DNA of 43,535 nucleotides from an uncultured archaeon (GCA_938083505.1 CALKCF010000008.1:1-43535); one strand, 5' to 3'. Positions 28,000 through 38,332 are shown, counted from the stretch's first letter. The notes: generated by a model from the letters alone, not told the origin. Translations and numbers: made by a program.

Positions 28000-29079
28000 G
28001 TGAGCGGGTTGTCGTCCTTAATCTTTCAAGAGCTCGCAAGGGCTGCCGCTAATTTCCTTAGCGGGTTACCACAGCCGTTAAAGGACTTCATACTGTTCTT
28101 ACATAGCGACGCTTTCATAAAAGCGATAATATTTCCTGGGTTGCTCTTCATACTAACCTTTGTTATGTTTACGATATGGTTTGAAAGAAAACTTCTAGCC
28201 AGAGTGATGGTAAGGTTAGGACCACTCCATGTAGGCAAGTATGCAGGTCTTCTCCAGCTCGTTGCTGATGCCGTGAAACTTTTGTCGAAAGAGCTGATAG
28301 TTCCTGAGAAGGCCATAAAGCCACTTTACGTTTCTATGCCAATCTTATGTTGCACTCTCTCGATGCTAACTTTTGCCTTCTTACCGCTCGGCCCCGGTTG
28401 GGTAATATATCCATCTGATATCAGCCTCCTGTTGGTCTTTGTTATGTTGGCGATCACACCAATCACGATACTCGTGGCCGGATGGGCATCAAGAAGCAAG
28501 TACAGCTTTATCGGAATGGTTAGGTTTGCATTTCAAGTGTTCTCGTACGAGGTGCCGTTCTTTTTGGCGATTGCTGGTGTAACCTTGGCCGCAAGGTCTT
28601 TCAACTTAGAGAAGATCGTGGAGGCGCAGGCAGGACTGCCGTTCATAATACCAGCACTGTTAGGTTTTATCGTATTTTTGATAACCGCCATAGCAGAAGT
28701 TGAGAGGGTTCCATTTGATCTGCCGACGGCTGAGCAGGAGCTGGTCAGTGGATGGCAGACAGAGTACACAGGTGCATACTTCGCGCTGTTTTACCTTGCT
28801 GCTTACATAAAGCTCGATGTTATCGCAATCCTCACTACCTTGCTCTTCCTTGGGGGCTGGCATGGACCGTTAATACCAAACATACCCGAAAGCATTCTAG
28901 GACATTTCTGGTTAATACTCAAGAGTCTAATCGTCGTTTTCTTAGTATTGCTGCTTAGAGGTGTTTTTCCAAGGATCACTTTGGATAAGCTGCTCGATCT
29001 TGGATGGAGGGTCCTTATACCGCTATCGCTCCTGAACCTTCTTATCGTCGCCATCCTAATTCAAATAGGTCTGCTTTAA
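28000..29079 (+). CDS. nuoH: Complex I-like subunit H
   Basis: WFERK..AR...R.GP, GLLQ..ADA.KL..KE, SYE, AE..R.PFDLP.AEQELV.G..TEY. Confidence 0.95.
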   Translation: MSGLSSLIFQELARAAANFLSGLPQPLKDFILFLHSDAFIKAIIFPGLLFILTFVMFTIWFERKLLARVMVRLGPLHVGKYAGLLQLVADAVKLLSKELIVPEKAIKPLYVSMPILCCTLSMLTFAFLPLGPGWVIYPSDISLLLVFVMLAITPITILVAGWASRSKYSFIGMVRFAFQVFSYEVPFFLAIAGVTLAARSFNLEKIVEAQAGLPFIIPALLGFIVFLITAIAEVERVPFDLPTAEQELVSGWQTEYTGAYFALFYLAAYIKLDVIAILTTLLFLGGWHGPLIPNIPESILGHFWLILKSLIVVFLVLLLRGVFPRITLDKLLDLGWRVLIPLSLLNLLIVAILIQIGLL

Positions 29080-29088
29080 TGTGTTAGC

Positions 29089-30399
29089 TTAAGGCTCAAG
29101 CCTGAATTTATCCCTCGGAAAAAGTATGACTTCGCGAATGTTCGTCCTCCTGGTAAGAACCATCATCAGCCTATCAAACCCAAGACCCCATCCGGCATGT
29201 ACGGGCATTCCATAATCGAAGACCGAAAGGTGACTTTTGAAGCTCCCGGGATTTAGACCTTGCTCCTTTAGCCTCTTCTCCAGCAAACTCCTGTTGGATA
29301 TCCTTGTTCCTCCTGAGGCGAGCTCGAGCCACTGGTACATCAGGTCGAACGACTCCGAGACTTCCGGGTCTTCCTCGCAAGGTTGAATGTAGAAAGGCTT
29401 CGTCTTCGTCGGGAAGTGTGTTATGAAATAGTAGTAGGGATGTTTTTTCCCGAGTATCCTATTCTCCTCGGTTCCAAAGTCATCACCCCATTTCAGTTCC
29501 CTGCCTTCTTTTCTTAGCTCCTCCAACATTTCCTTGTAAGTAAACCTCTTTAACGGTAACTGGATTGGCTTAAGCGTAACGTTCAGAAGATTCAACTCCT
29601 CCGCATTATTCTTAATAACTGTGTCAATTACGTATGCGAGCAATCTTTCTAATACGTTCATGACGTCGTAAATGTCAGCGAACGCCATCTCAATATCCAC
29701 AGACGTAAACTCACTGACGTGTCTTCTAGTATGCGATTCTTCAGCCCTGAAGAATGGGCCTATCTCAAAGACCTTCTCAAAAACCGTCGTTAGCTGTTCT
29801 TTGTAAAGTTGTGGACTCTGGGCAAGGTATGCAGTCTTATCAAAGTATTGTACTGGAAAAAGTGCGGCGCCACCCTCCGTGGCCGTTGCTATTATTTTTG
29901 GTGTTCTGATCTCTACGAAGCCCTCATTTAAGAAAAACTTTCTTATCGCTTCAAGCACCGTTGTAGCTATCTTGAATATTGCTTTGTTCTCTGGTTTTCG
30001 GAGGTCAAGTATCCTATAGTTAAGCCTTGTATCAAGACCGGCCGGGACTTTTCCTGTTACGTCATAGGGTATCGGTTGCCTTGCCTTACTGAGGATTCCT
30101 AACTTCTTTAGCCTTACTTCTACACCGAGTCTCGCCTTCGGCTCTTCGCTGACGATGCCGCTAACATACACGACGTCTTCATTGCCGAGCTCTTCCAACA
30201 TTGAAAGCTCATCTTTTGACAACTCAGACTTCTTGACAGTAACTTGGCATATTCCAGAAACATCACGAAGCAGGATGAATTTTATGCCGCCTAAGTCCCT
30301 AATCTCATGAACCCATCCCACTATATGGACTTCTTGACCATTTAATTCCGGTTTTATCTGACGTGCAACATGGGTTCTAATCCAAGTCTTCTTTACCAA
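29089..30399 (-). CDS. aspS: Aspartyl-tRNA synthetase (archaeal type)
   Basis: GWVHEIRDLG, TEGGA, LAQSPQLYK, FRAE, H.GWGLG.DR, LFPRD. Confidence 0.96.
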   Translation of the reverse strand: MVKKTWIRTHVARQIKPELNGQEVHIVGWVHEIRDLGGIKFILLRDVSGICQVTVKKSELSKDELSMLEELGNEDVVYVSGIVSEEPKARLGVEVRLKKLGILSKARQPIPYDVTGKVPAGLDTRLNYRILDLRKPENKAIFKIATTVLEAIRKFFLNEGFVEIRTPKIIATATEGGAALFPVQYFDKTAYLAQSPQLYKEQLTTVFEKVFEIGPFFRAEESHTRRHVSEFTSVDIEMAFADIYDVMNVLERLLAYVIDTVIKNNAEELNLLNVTLKPIQLPLKRFTYKEMLEELRKEGRELKWGDDFGTEENRILGKKHPYYYFITHFPTKTKPFYIQPCEEDPEVSESFDLMYQWLELASGGTRISNRSLLEKRLKEQGLNPGSFKSHLSVFDYGMPVHAGWGLGFDRLMMVLTRRTNIREVILFPRDKFRLEP

Positions 30400-30443
30400 T
30401 AAAGATCATCCCACATTTTTAGATTTAAATAACATTATTCTAT

Positions 30444-31040
30444 CTATCTTTTATTCCTATCTTTGGGGGTACCTACTTCCTTCGTCAATTCTTGCTTTAC
30501 TTGACGCGCTATTTTCCATGATCTTCTTGCGAAATCTACCTTAAGGCTTATGTTCTTCGTTACCCTTGAAATTTCTTGGAGAGACTCAACGCCAAGTTTC
30601 AGACGCCTCTCATCATCAAGAATTATCCTTATCTCCATAGAGTTGTCTGGTAACCATATCTTGTTGATAGCAACTATCCTTGCCGGTGCGACAAGCGGTT
30701 CCAAGAACCTGCCAATATCAGGGGAATCTTCTACAAGCTTAATATTTTTTCCTAAAATATCTGAAAGTTTCCTTTTTAGTGTTATCAATGTTTGTTGAGA
30801 TATCATGCTTAGATTTCCATTTCTTAGCATAACAACTATCGCATCCTTGGTGTCCACACTCTTTACATAACACATAGACTGGAGTTGGTGAAAATTCTTC
30901 TCAAGTTCTAGGAGAGTCCTCATCACTTTTATATCTAGCTCTGATACCTCACCACGCCTGATCTTCTCTTCGCACCTTTCGCAGAATATACCTGTCTTTA
31001 AGTCGAATACACATACCGGTATTTCCATCCTGCACACCAC
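30444..31040 (-). CDS. Archaeal NusA-like (KH) protein with N-terminal Cys motif
   Basis: IPVC.FD.KTG.FC..C, LVAPARI...N.IWLPD; upstream of aspS. Confidence 0.75.
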   Translation of the reverse strand: MVCRMEIPVCVFDLKTGIFCERCEEKIRRGEVSELDIKVMRTLLELEKNFHQLQSMCYVKSVDTKDAIVVMLRNGNLSMISQQTLITLKRKLSDILGKNIKLVEDSPDIGRFLEPLVAPARIVAINKIWLPDNSMEIRIILDDERRLKLGVESLQEISRVTKNISLKVDFARRSWKIARQVKQELTKEVGTPKDRNKR

Positions 31041-31045
31041 CGAGT

Positions 31046-31100
31046 AGCCCGCGTTGCGCGACTGGGCGCGACCAGCAGTTGTATAGCTGACGGGCTTTTT
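31046..31100 (+). other. GC-rich three-way-junction RNA structure followed by a T-tract
   Basis: AGCCCG/CGGGCT closing stem, GTTGCGC/GCGCGAC and CAGC/GCTG hairpins, then TTTT. Confidence 0.5.
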
Positions 31101-31110
31101 GGAAGGCCGG

Positions 31111-31392
31111 CTACCTACTGATGCTGATCTCTATCGTGCTCACGTTTATCGTGCGGTTATCCTGAGTCGTCACTTGGTCGGTACCTATCTTTATGTCTGT
31201 TATTTTCAGATCGTTGTAGAACCTCTTCTGTAATATCTGAACGAGATCGACCGCCTTGCTTATCGCCCGTCCCCTGGCCTTTACGATTAAGCTATTAGAG
31301 CCGCCCTGAAGACTTGTCAAGCAGGCGAGTACGTAATTCATCAAGGGCTTCTTACCTACCAGTATTGCAGATATTGGCTGTTCTTTTGACAT
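31111..31392 (-). CDS. albA: Chromatin protein Alba
   Basis: VGKKP.MNYVLA, KARGRAISKAVD, VSTIEI. Confidence 0.97.
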   Translation of the reverse strand: MSKEQPISAILVGKKPLMNYVLACLTSLQGGSNSLIVKARGRAISKAVDLVQILQKRFYNDLKITDIKIGTDQVTTQDNRTINVSTIEISISR

Positions 31393-31542
31393 TTTTCTTC
31401 ACCAGCCTCTTTTTCTGCTAGCGGGGCTACTATGGATAGCTCCTGAACCCTAAATAAATACTTTCTCTGAAGGGTAGAGGCTTTCTACTAGGATAAAGTT
31501 TAAGAAAGGCCTTATTTAGCGGCTCTAAGGTAGACTATTGCC

Positions 31543-31704
31543 ATGCCGATAAGAGATACTGAGCTACTGCAATTGGCTCAAAGACGTAAGCTATATGTGA
31601 AGATATGCAGAAATTGTGGTGCGAGGAATGCAGCTTCTGCAAAGAAGTGCAGAAAGTGTAGGAGCAAAAATCTCAGATGGAAGAGGCGAGAAATAAAGCG
31701 CTAA
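31543..31704 (+). CDS. rpl40e: 50S ribosomal protein L40e
   Basis: Not in the ORF track: MPIRD...KICRNCGARNA..A.KCRKC.S.NLR.K (53 aa). Confidence 0.95.
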   Translation: MPIRDTELLQLAQRRKLYVKICRNCGARNAASAKKCRKCRSKNLRWKRREIKR

Positions 31705-31805
31705 ACTGCGATAGCTTACTTGGGCAAGACTCCCCAATCGGTAATTTATTCTTAAAGCGGCCGTATCTTTTGATTCCCGTCCAGGCAGTAACCGATGGAA
31801 AACGG

Positions 31806-32684
31806 CTACTCTAAGCCGGTCAACTCTTCTAACAACGTTATTAGTGATTGGGTACCATCGAGCCCATGTCCTTTCTGGTCTAGGGCCTTAATAAGCTCAG
31901 CTACCAGGTTGGTGCCAAGCAAAGACAGCCCAAGCCGCTCAGCTACTTCCCGAACGATACGCAGGTCTTTCCGTAAGTGTTGAACCTTAAAGCCCGGTGT
32001 TAAGTCCCGCTTTACCATCCTTGGTCCGAGCATGGTAAGCTGCCAAGAGCTTCCTGCACCTGTGCCAACAACCTCGATAACCTTCTGCTGGTCAAGACCG
32101 GCCTTCTTTGCTAGAAGGAGGACCTCACAGGTTGCGAGTAGGTTAAGGCTGACTGCTATCTGATTGCAAAGCTTTGTGAAAGCACCCATTCCCGGGCCAC
32201 CCATGTAAAAAATTTTATCACCCATGCTTCTGAAAATCGGTAGAGCACGCTCATAAGCTTCATACCTTCCACCAACCATGATTGTGAGTGTACCTGCTTC
32301 TGCAGCCATTGTGCTTCCAGAAACTGGAGCGTCGAGAAAATCTATACCTCTACTTGCTAACATTTTGTGAAGCTCTTGGGATAGATACGGCGAGACCGTG
32401 GACATGTCGATGACAACCATACCTTTCCTGACACCTTCGATTACACCGTTGCTTCCAGCGATGACGGCCTGCACATCTGGATTGTCGGGCAGCATCGTGA
32501 TGACGAACTCTGAATGCTCGGCCACCTCACGGGGCGATGCTGCAGGAATGGCACCTAAGGCTGCTAGCTCCTCAACAGGTTTAGAACTTCGATTATGCAC
32601 TACTAATTTATATCCGGCCTTCAGCAACCTAGTCGCCATAGGCTTCCCCATAAGCCCAAGACCTATAAAACCAACGGAAATCAT
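31806..32684 (-). CDS. NAD(P)-dependent beta-hydroxyacid dehydrogenase (3-hydroxyisobutyrate / tartronate semialdehyde reductase family)
   Basis: GFIGLGLMGKPMA, DAPVSG, GTLTIMVGG, KLCNQ, KDL. Confidence 0.92.
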   Translation of the reverse strand: MISVGFIGLGLMGKPMATRLLKAGYKLVVHNRSSKPVEELAALGAIPAASPREVAEHSEFVITMLPDNPDVQAVIAGSNGVIEGVRKGMVVIDMSTVSPYLSQELHKMLASRGIDFLDAPVSGSTMAAEAGTLTIMVGGRYEAYERALPIFRSMGDKIFYMGGPGMGAFTKLCNQIAVSLNLLATCEVLLLAKKAGLDQQKVIEVVGTGAGSSWQLTMLGPRMVKRDLTPGFKVQHLRKDLRIVREVAERLGLSLLGTNLVAELIKALDQKGHGLDGTQSLITLLEELTGLE

Positions 32685-32831
32685 TGTGTAAAAATTGCGA
32701 CCGATAGATTTTTAGTTTTTCGGATTGGTAAGCATGAATATTTAGGATTAAAAATGGTACCATTCGAGTTCTCATTCAACGCTCGTCATTAACTTCTAGG
32801 TAATACAAGACCTTTAATCTAAGAGTTCTCT

Positions 32832-33213
32832 TCATCCACCTGCCCTTAACAGACCTAGCTCCACTCTTAGCTTTAGCATCTTGTTGAAGGCATCGTCGCC
32901 AGAGCTATAAGTCTTAATGCTCACTATTGGGGCGGGATCTACTATGGCAAGGCTCCTCCCTGTGCTAAAGCCTGGCAGACTCTTAAAGGGCTTCCAGACC
33001 GTGGAGATACTAACGAGTATCTCAAACTTGTCCTTTTTACCAAAAGACCCTGTAGTCACCTTCACTCTCTTTCTTGACTTCAAAAGTTATACTCAAGTTA
33101 CTCAAGACTCTCTTCACATCTTCGAGTATCGTCTCTGGAAAGAAGAGCGTAATCACCCACTCGTCTATTAGCCTCACATCTACCCCATTTTTAAGACGTG
33201 TGCACCCTTGCAT
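32832..33213 (-). pseudogene. Frameshifted hypothetical gene (ends ...LLRAGG)
   Basis: Upstream frame ...RLIDEWVITLFFPE...EGDYRVFW* (stop at 33037) joins the 32832-33083 frame if one T of the T4 run at 33042-33045 is removed; may be a sequencing error. Confidence 0.55.
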
Positions 33214-33369
33214 AAATCTTTTACAAGTCGTAATGAACTAATCTGACTTTTTAGGTTATTTCCTTTAAAGTCCCTTCATGGGACCTCTTGCTTTCCCAAG
33301 ATATCTTCGAAATCCTTATCCTACATTACGGGCAGACAAACGTGTAGCATCTAACAATATAGTTCTAGA

Positions 33370-33477
33370 TGGGGCCGGTGGGGTTCGAACCCACGACCTC
33401 CGCCGTTTCCCAGCCGTATTAAAGTGCCGTGAGGGCGGCCTTATGCAGAACGTGTCATACCGCTAGACCACGGCCCC
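33370..33477 (-). tRNA. tRNA-Val(CAC) with two introns: 14 nt at 25/26 (33440-33453) and 22 nt in the anticodon loop (about 33407-33428)
   Basis: GGGGCCG/CGGCCCC acceptor, CCGCC/GGCGG anticodon stem, GTGGG-TTCGAAC-CCCAC T arm; first intron has BHB GCGG/CCGC, TATG/CATA with ACA and AGG bulges. Confidence 0.9.
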
Positions 33478-33532
33478 AATACTCGCAGACTATTTTAAGT
33501 TTCCCCTAAATAACTCTTAAAGACGTGAAGTT

Positions 33533-34393
33533 TTAAACTCTCCGTCCAATATTTTCCGGGAACACCTTCTTCTTACCTATGAGGAGCGATGCCGTCAACC
33601 CAAACGCCAGCACAACGCCACCTGCTATTACGAATAAGTTCTTGACCCAAAAGATGTACTCAGGCCTGATAACTTTGCTGAAGATTGCCTCACCGAAGGG
33701 CGTCATAACTACGCCTACGTAAATTGCCATGAATAACAAGAATATCATGATTGAGTTATATAGCAGATCTCTAGGTCTCTCTTTGCCGAAAACCTCAGGT
33801 TTCACGACCATTGCGAGCCTCTCAGATATGATGGGTGCTATTCCTCTGTAAAGTGGAGGCACTAACGAAATTACGAACGGAATCATTGTAACCATCCAGA
33901 ACAGCGTAAGGCCGAGTATCGTAAGAAGCTTCTCACCAATCGTCCACGCTACCCAGTTTGGTACGACAAATGAAAAGTATGCTGTTACGCCGGTCGCTGC
34001 TACGAAGTTCCCGAGGAATAATGATATAACGCTACTGGAAATGAAGGAATTCCACGTCTTACCCTTAGACAGCAACCAACCCAATAAGTAGAAGCCTATG
34101 AAGTTTCCTGGAACGCCAGACATCAAGCTTAAAGCTGGATTGCTCAGGCCGAACATAGCGAGGATAAAGCTGGCCATAAATGTACCTATTGCGGCACCTG
34201 CCCCGGCTACGAAGGGTGTGGAGGTCACTGCAAACAAAGCAGGCACTATAACACCCGGCCTGAAGTGGCCTACACCCCAAGGAGTTGGTATCGGCGAGGT
34301 TGTCGTGATGGCGGCTGCGTAGAGAGCAGCGCATATCGCGATAAGCGCAACGGTCTTGCTTACATTCTTACGACCTTCTTTCTCGTCGGGCAT
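33533..34393 (-). CDS. ECF transporter S-component-like membrane protein with C-terminal TM extension
   Basis: VALIAICAALYA, FRPGV..PA..A, GAGAAIG; about 8 TMs. Confidence 0.7.
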   Translation of the reverse strand: MPDEKEGRKNVSKTVALIAICAALYAAAITTTSPIPTPWGVGHFRPGVIVPALFAVTSTPFVAGAGAAIGTFMASFILAMFGLSNPALSLMSGVPGNFIGFYLLGWLLSKGKTWNSFISSSVISLFLGNFVAATGVTAYFSFVVPNWVAWTIGEKLLTILGLTLFWMVTMIPFVISLVPPLYRGIAPIISERLAMVVKPEVFGKERPRDLLYNSIMIFLLFMAIYVGVVMTPFGEAIFSKVIRPEYIFWVKNLFVIAGGVVLAFGLTASLLIGKKKVFPENIGRRV

Positions 34394-34485
34394 AATTACC
34401 CATAGGTTACTTAAGTTTAGGTTTTAAAAAACTAACCGAATTAAATTACATAAATTACGTAATTTTAATTTTTGAACACGGTCCA

Positions 34486-35901
34486 TCATCCGCTCTTTGA
34501 CTTATAATACTTGCGAATGTGCTCCTCCTTTATCTTCGTCAATTCATATTCAGGTAGGCTCGATAGTATATCCCAAGCTATTTCCAGCGTCTCGTCCAAA
34601 GATCTGTTCTCCTCGTAGCCTTGCTTCAAGAACTTCTGCTCGAATAGGTCGCCGAACTCCAGATACTTTATGTCTATTGCGGACAGGCCGGATCTTCCGA
34701 CTATCTCCGCTAGGGCCCTTAACTGAACGGCCCTCGAGTACGCTGCGTAAAGCTGATTGGATACATCACCATGGTCTGCCCTAGTCTTCTTCTCAGCGAT
34801 TATTCCGGGCCCCATTAACCTACTTAATGACATTAACACATTTATCGGTGGGTATATTCCCTTTCTGTAAAGTTCTCTGCTAAGAACTATCTGACCTTCT
34901 GTGATGTAACCAGTTAGGTCCGGTATAGGATGTGTAATGTCGTCGCTCGGCATACTTAAGATAGGCATTTGTGTCACGCTACCCTTCTTCCCCTTTATCC
35001 TTCCAGCTCTCTCGTATATCGATGCCAAGTCCGTGTACATGTACCCTGGATACCCTTTCCTTCCTGGAACTTCTTCTCTCGCGGCGCTTATTTCTCGTAA
35101 GCTTTCGCAGTAGTTGGTAATATCCGTCAAGATTACTAGCACATGATAATCGTGCCAGAAAGCAAGGTACTCGGCTAGTGTTAGCGCTATTCTTGGTGTT
35201 ATGAGTCTTTCTATTGCTGGGTCGTCCGCCAAGTTTAAGAAAAGGGCACTTCTGGATATCGCTCCGCTCTTCTCAAGGCTTTCCTTGAAGAATCTAGCTT
35301 CATCGTTCTGAACACCTATGGCAGCAAACACGACCGCGAACTCTTCCTCTTTGCCAGGTACTGTGGCTTGTTTAGCTATTTGTGCCGCTAACATATTGTG
35401 TGGCAATCCAGCACCAGAGAATATTGGTAGCTTCTGACCCCTGACGAGTGAGTTCATCCCGTCTATTGCTGATATGCCTGTCTGTATGAAGTCGCTGGGA
35501 TATTCGCGCCTTTCGGGGTTAATAGGCTCACCGTTAACATCCCTAAATTCCCTCGGTATTGGTTCTGGTAACCCATCAAGCGGTCTTCCGAGGCCGTCGA
35601 AGACCCTACCAAGCATGTCCTCCGACACACCAAGCTCCATAATTCTGCCTAGGAACCTTGCAACAGTACCTTCTACCGAGAGACCTTGTGTTCCTTCGAA
35701 TACTTGGACGACTGCCTTGTCCATTCCAACCTCAAGAACCTTTGCTAAGCGTCTCTCACCATCTTTCGTTTCTATCTCCACGAGTTCATCATAAGATGCC
35801 TTAGTTACACCGTCTATCACCATCAACGGACCTCTTATTTCGCTGATAGTTCCGTAAGTTAGACCAGCCGGTACAGACCTTCTTTCTTTACTCAAGCTCA
35901 T
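34486..35901 (-). CDS. atpB: A/V-type ATP synthase subunit B
   Basis: [48 protein letters not shown]. Confidence 0.97.
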   Translation of the reverse strand: MSLSKERRSVPAGLTYGTISEIRGPLMVIDGVTKASYDELVEIETKDGERRLAKVLEVGMDKAVVQVFEGTQGLSVEGTVARFLGRIMELGVSEDMLGRVFDGLGRPLDGLPEPIPREFRDVNGEPINPERREYPSDFIQTGISAIDGMNSLVRGQKLPIFSGAGLPHNMLAAQIAKQATVPGKEEEFAVVFAAIGVQNDEARFFKESLEKSGAISRSALFLNLADDPAIERLITPRIALTLAEYLAFWHDYHVLVILTDITNYCESLREISAAREEVPGRKGYPGYMYTDLASIYERAGRIKGKKGSVTQMPILSMPSDDITHPIPDLTGYITEGQIVLSRELYRKGIYPPINVLMSLSRLMGPGIIAEKKTRADHGDVSNQLYAAYSRAVQLRALAEIVGRSGLSAIDIKYLEFGDLFEQKFLKQGYEENRSLDETLEIAWDILSSLPEYELTKIKEEHIRKYYKSKSG

Positions 35902-37709
35902 ATCGTTGTCATGACCTCCTTTGCCATGAGCTTCTCGAACTCGGACTTCATTGTCTCAAGCAATGTATCAAGTTTCTCAACCTCGTCGTTCCTAACTTCC
36001 GACTTAGCCCTGATGAGTTTGAATATTATCGGCATACTCCTTATGCTCTTCAATGGTACGCCCCGTCTAAGGGCTTCCACCGACAGCTTGTGAAACTCTG
36101 CAAAGAGCCTCAGAAGCTTGAATTGCTTCTTCGCGTCGCAATAGGCATCCACTTCGTCATAAACGCTCTGTTGCAAGAATCCTTCCTTTATCATCCTGGC
36201 CACATCTAACAGCAACTTCTCTTCGTCAGGTAGCGCTTCTGGTCCAAGGAGCCTAACTATCTCTAAGAGTTCGTCCTCCCTTCGTAATATAGAATATACA
36301 TAGGACCTGAGCTCCAACCAGTCTTTGCTCACGTGCGACTCCCAGTATACCTTGACTGTGTCTACATAACCAGAATAACTTGTTATCCAGTTGATTGCCG
36401 GATAATGTCTGCTGTAAGCCAAGTTTGGGTCAAGGCCCCAGAAGGTCCTTATGAAGCGCATTGTATGTGTGGTCACTGGTTCCGTGAAGTCGCCACCAGG
36501 TGGGCTGACGGCACCTATCAGCGTAACGCTTCCGACCCTTTCGGGTCTTCCAATAGTCTCAACCCTTCCGGCCCTTTCATAGAACTCGGCAAGCCTGCTA
36601 GCAAGGTAGCTTGGATAACCCTCTTCAGCTGGCATCTCCTCGAGCCTACCACTTATCTCCCTGAGCGCCTCGGCCCACCTACTTGTTGAGTCCGCAACCA
36701 GAAGCACATCGTAACCCATATCTCTATAGAACTCTGCCATAGCGACGCCTGTGTATATGCTGGCTTCCCTCGCGGCCACGGGCATGTTGCTCGTATTCGC
36801 TATCAAGGCTGTCCTTTCCATAAGTGGTCTTCCACTGTATGGGTCTGTTAGTTCCGGGAATTTTGTCAAGACTTCTGCCTCTTCGTTCCCTCTCTCACCG
36901 CAACCAACATGAAATATCACATTAGCATCGCTCCACTTGGCTAGGTTGTGTAGTATAACGGTCTTGCCCGTACCGAATGCCCCGGGTATACACCCGGTTC
37001 CTCCCTTCGCTATCGGGAAGAAGGTATCTATGACTCTTTGACCCGTGATGAGCGGTACCTCCGGGTTAAGTCTCCTTTTGAAAGGCCTTGGTGTTCTGAC
37101 AGGCCAGCGATGGTACAACTTTATCTCCTCACTCACCCCACCTTTAGATAGTACCGCGATAACATCCTCAAGTGTGTAGTCCCCCTCTTCCGCTATGCTA
37201 ACGACCTCTCCGCCTTTGCTATTAGGCGGCACCATTATCTTGCACTCGATCAAGGGCGTCTCTTGGACAACGCCTACGAAATCCCCTGGACTGAGCACAC
37301 TCCCTTTCTTTACGAGTGGCCTAAACCTCCACTTTTTCTCAAAGGGCAGTGGAGGGACGTGGACACCTCTCTTCACGAACGGTCCGACGGTAGAGGCAAT
37401 CCTGTCTAGGGGTCTTTGAACTCCATCATATACACTCCCTATTATTCCAGGGCCCAGCATGACTGAAAGTGGTTGTCCGGTACAATAAACAGGCTCTCCT
37501 GGCGATAGCCCGCTCGTGTTCTCATAAACCTGTATGAAGGCCGTGTCGCCACTCAGCCTTATTATCTCGCCTATGAGTCTCTCCTCGCCTACGTAAACCA
37601 TCTCGTACATCTTCGCGCCAAGCATACCGTCTGCCTTTACCGCGGGTCCTGCAATCCATATTATCCTACCTTTTTTGACTTCCATAAAACGCCCACCACT
37701 TACCAACAT
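35898..37709 (-). CDS. atpA: A/V-type ATP synthase subunit A
   Basis: P-loop [39 protein letters not shown]; no intein; start likely MEVKK. Confidence 0.97.
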   Translation of the reverse strand: MLVSGGRFMEVKKGRIIWIAGPAVKADGMLGAKMYEMVYVGEERLIGEIIRLSGDTAFIQVYENTSGLSPGEPVYCTGQPLSVMLGPGIIGSVYDGVQRPLDRIASTVGPFVKRGVHVPPLPFEKKWRFRPLVKKGSVLSPGDFVGVVQETPLIECKIMVPPNSKGGEVVSIAEEGDYTLEDVIAVLSKGGVSEEIKLYHRWPVRTPRPFKRRLNPEVPLITGQRVIDTFFPIAKGGTGCIPGAFGTGKTVILHNLAKWSDANVIFHVGCGERGNEEAEVLTKFPELTDPYSGRPLMERTALIANTSNMPVAAREASIYTGVAMAEFYRDMGYDVLLVADSTSRWAEALREISGRLEEMPAEEGYPSYLASRLAEFYERAGRVETIGRPERVGSVTLIGAVSPPGGDFTEPVTTHTMRFIRTFWGLDPNLAYSRHYPAINWITSYSGYVDTVKVYWESHVSKDWLELRSYVYSILRREDELLEIVRLLGPEALPDEEKLLLDVARMIKEGFLQQSVYDEVDAYCDAKKQFKLLRLFAEFHKLSVEALRRGVPLKSIRSMPIIFKLIRAKSEVRNDEVEKLDTLLETMKSEFEKLMAKEVMTTI

Positions 37710-37729
37710 CGACGATTTATATTAATATA

Positions 37730-38332
37730 TTATTCAGCGGTAAGTAGCTTAGCGACTTCCCTTCGAAGAAGCGGCCTTAGACGTCTCAGCCTTCCTTCAA
37801 CTGTGTTATCAAAGACTTTCTTCCCATCCAGGCTGCTAACCTTTAAACCCGCTCTACATTCTATCGGTTCATCGCTGACATATACCTTAAAGCCCGTATT
37901 TTTAGAAACTTCGTCGACCAGTTCCTTCAGTATGTTCATGCCCTCTGCGTTCGTCCACACTTTTGCATCACTTCCCACGGCGTTTATACCCTCAAGAAGT
38001 AGCCTCCTCATGATCTCCTTGTAATCCGGCATAGTCGAGGCGTGTCTTAACTTTTCCATGGCACGCCCTATGGCCATGTTAACGTATTCTTCGATGAGTG
38101 TAAGCATCTCATTCCTAGCCTCAACCTCCGCCATGCCCAATATCCTAGATCTCTCGAGTTCCGCCTGCCTCTTGGCCGATTCTATTATTTCCGTAGCTTC
38201 AGAGTCTGTCTCGTGCATCTTATTATCTAAAAGTTCCATGGCATCCTTCTCGGCCGAGTCTAGCAGAGAAAGGCACTCCTTCATGGCATCCTCCGCGACC
38301 TTTTTGATAATTCTTTCCAAGGCGTCTGACAT
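37730..38332 (-). CDS. atpE: A/V-type ATP synthase subunit E
   Basis: N-terminal coiled coil, C-terminal AG..V...DG...FDNT.E.RL; directly upstream of atpA. Confidence 0.9.
   Translation of the reverse strand: MSDALERIIKKVAEDAMKECLSLLDSAEKDAMELLDNKMHETDSEATEIIESAKRQAELERSRILGMAEVEARNEMLTLIEEYVNMAIGRAMEKLRHASTMPDYKEIMRRLLLEGINAVGSDAKVWTNAEGMNILKELVDEVSKNTGFKVYVSDEPIECRAGLKVSSLDGKKVFDNTVEGRLRRLRPLLRREVAKLLTAE

Noticed and set aside
31543-31704. Ubiquitin-L40e fusion
   Set aside because: The ORF is stand-alone with no upstream in-frame ubiquitin domain
31705-31805. Small stems between rpl40e and the dehydrogenase
   Set aside because: Weak pairings compatible with termination between convergent genes; no RNA family recognised
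33278-33466. 62-aa ORF on the plus strand
   Set aside because: Antisense shadow of tRNA-Val(CAC)
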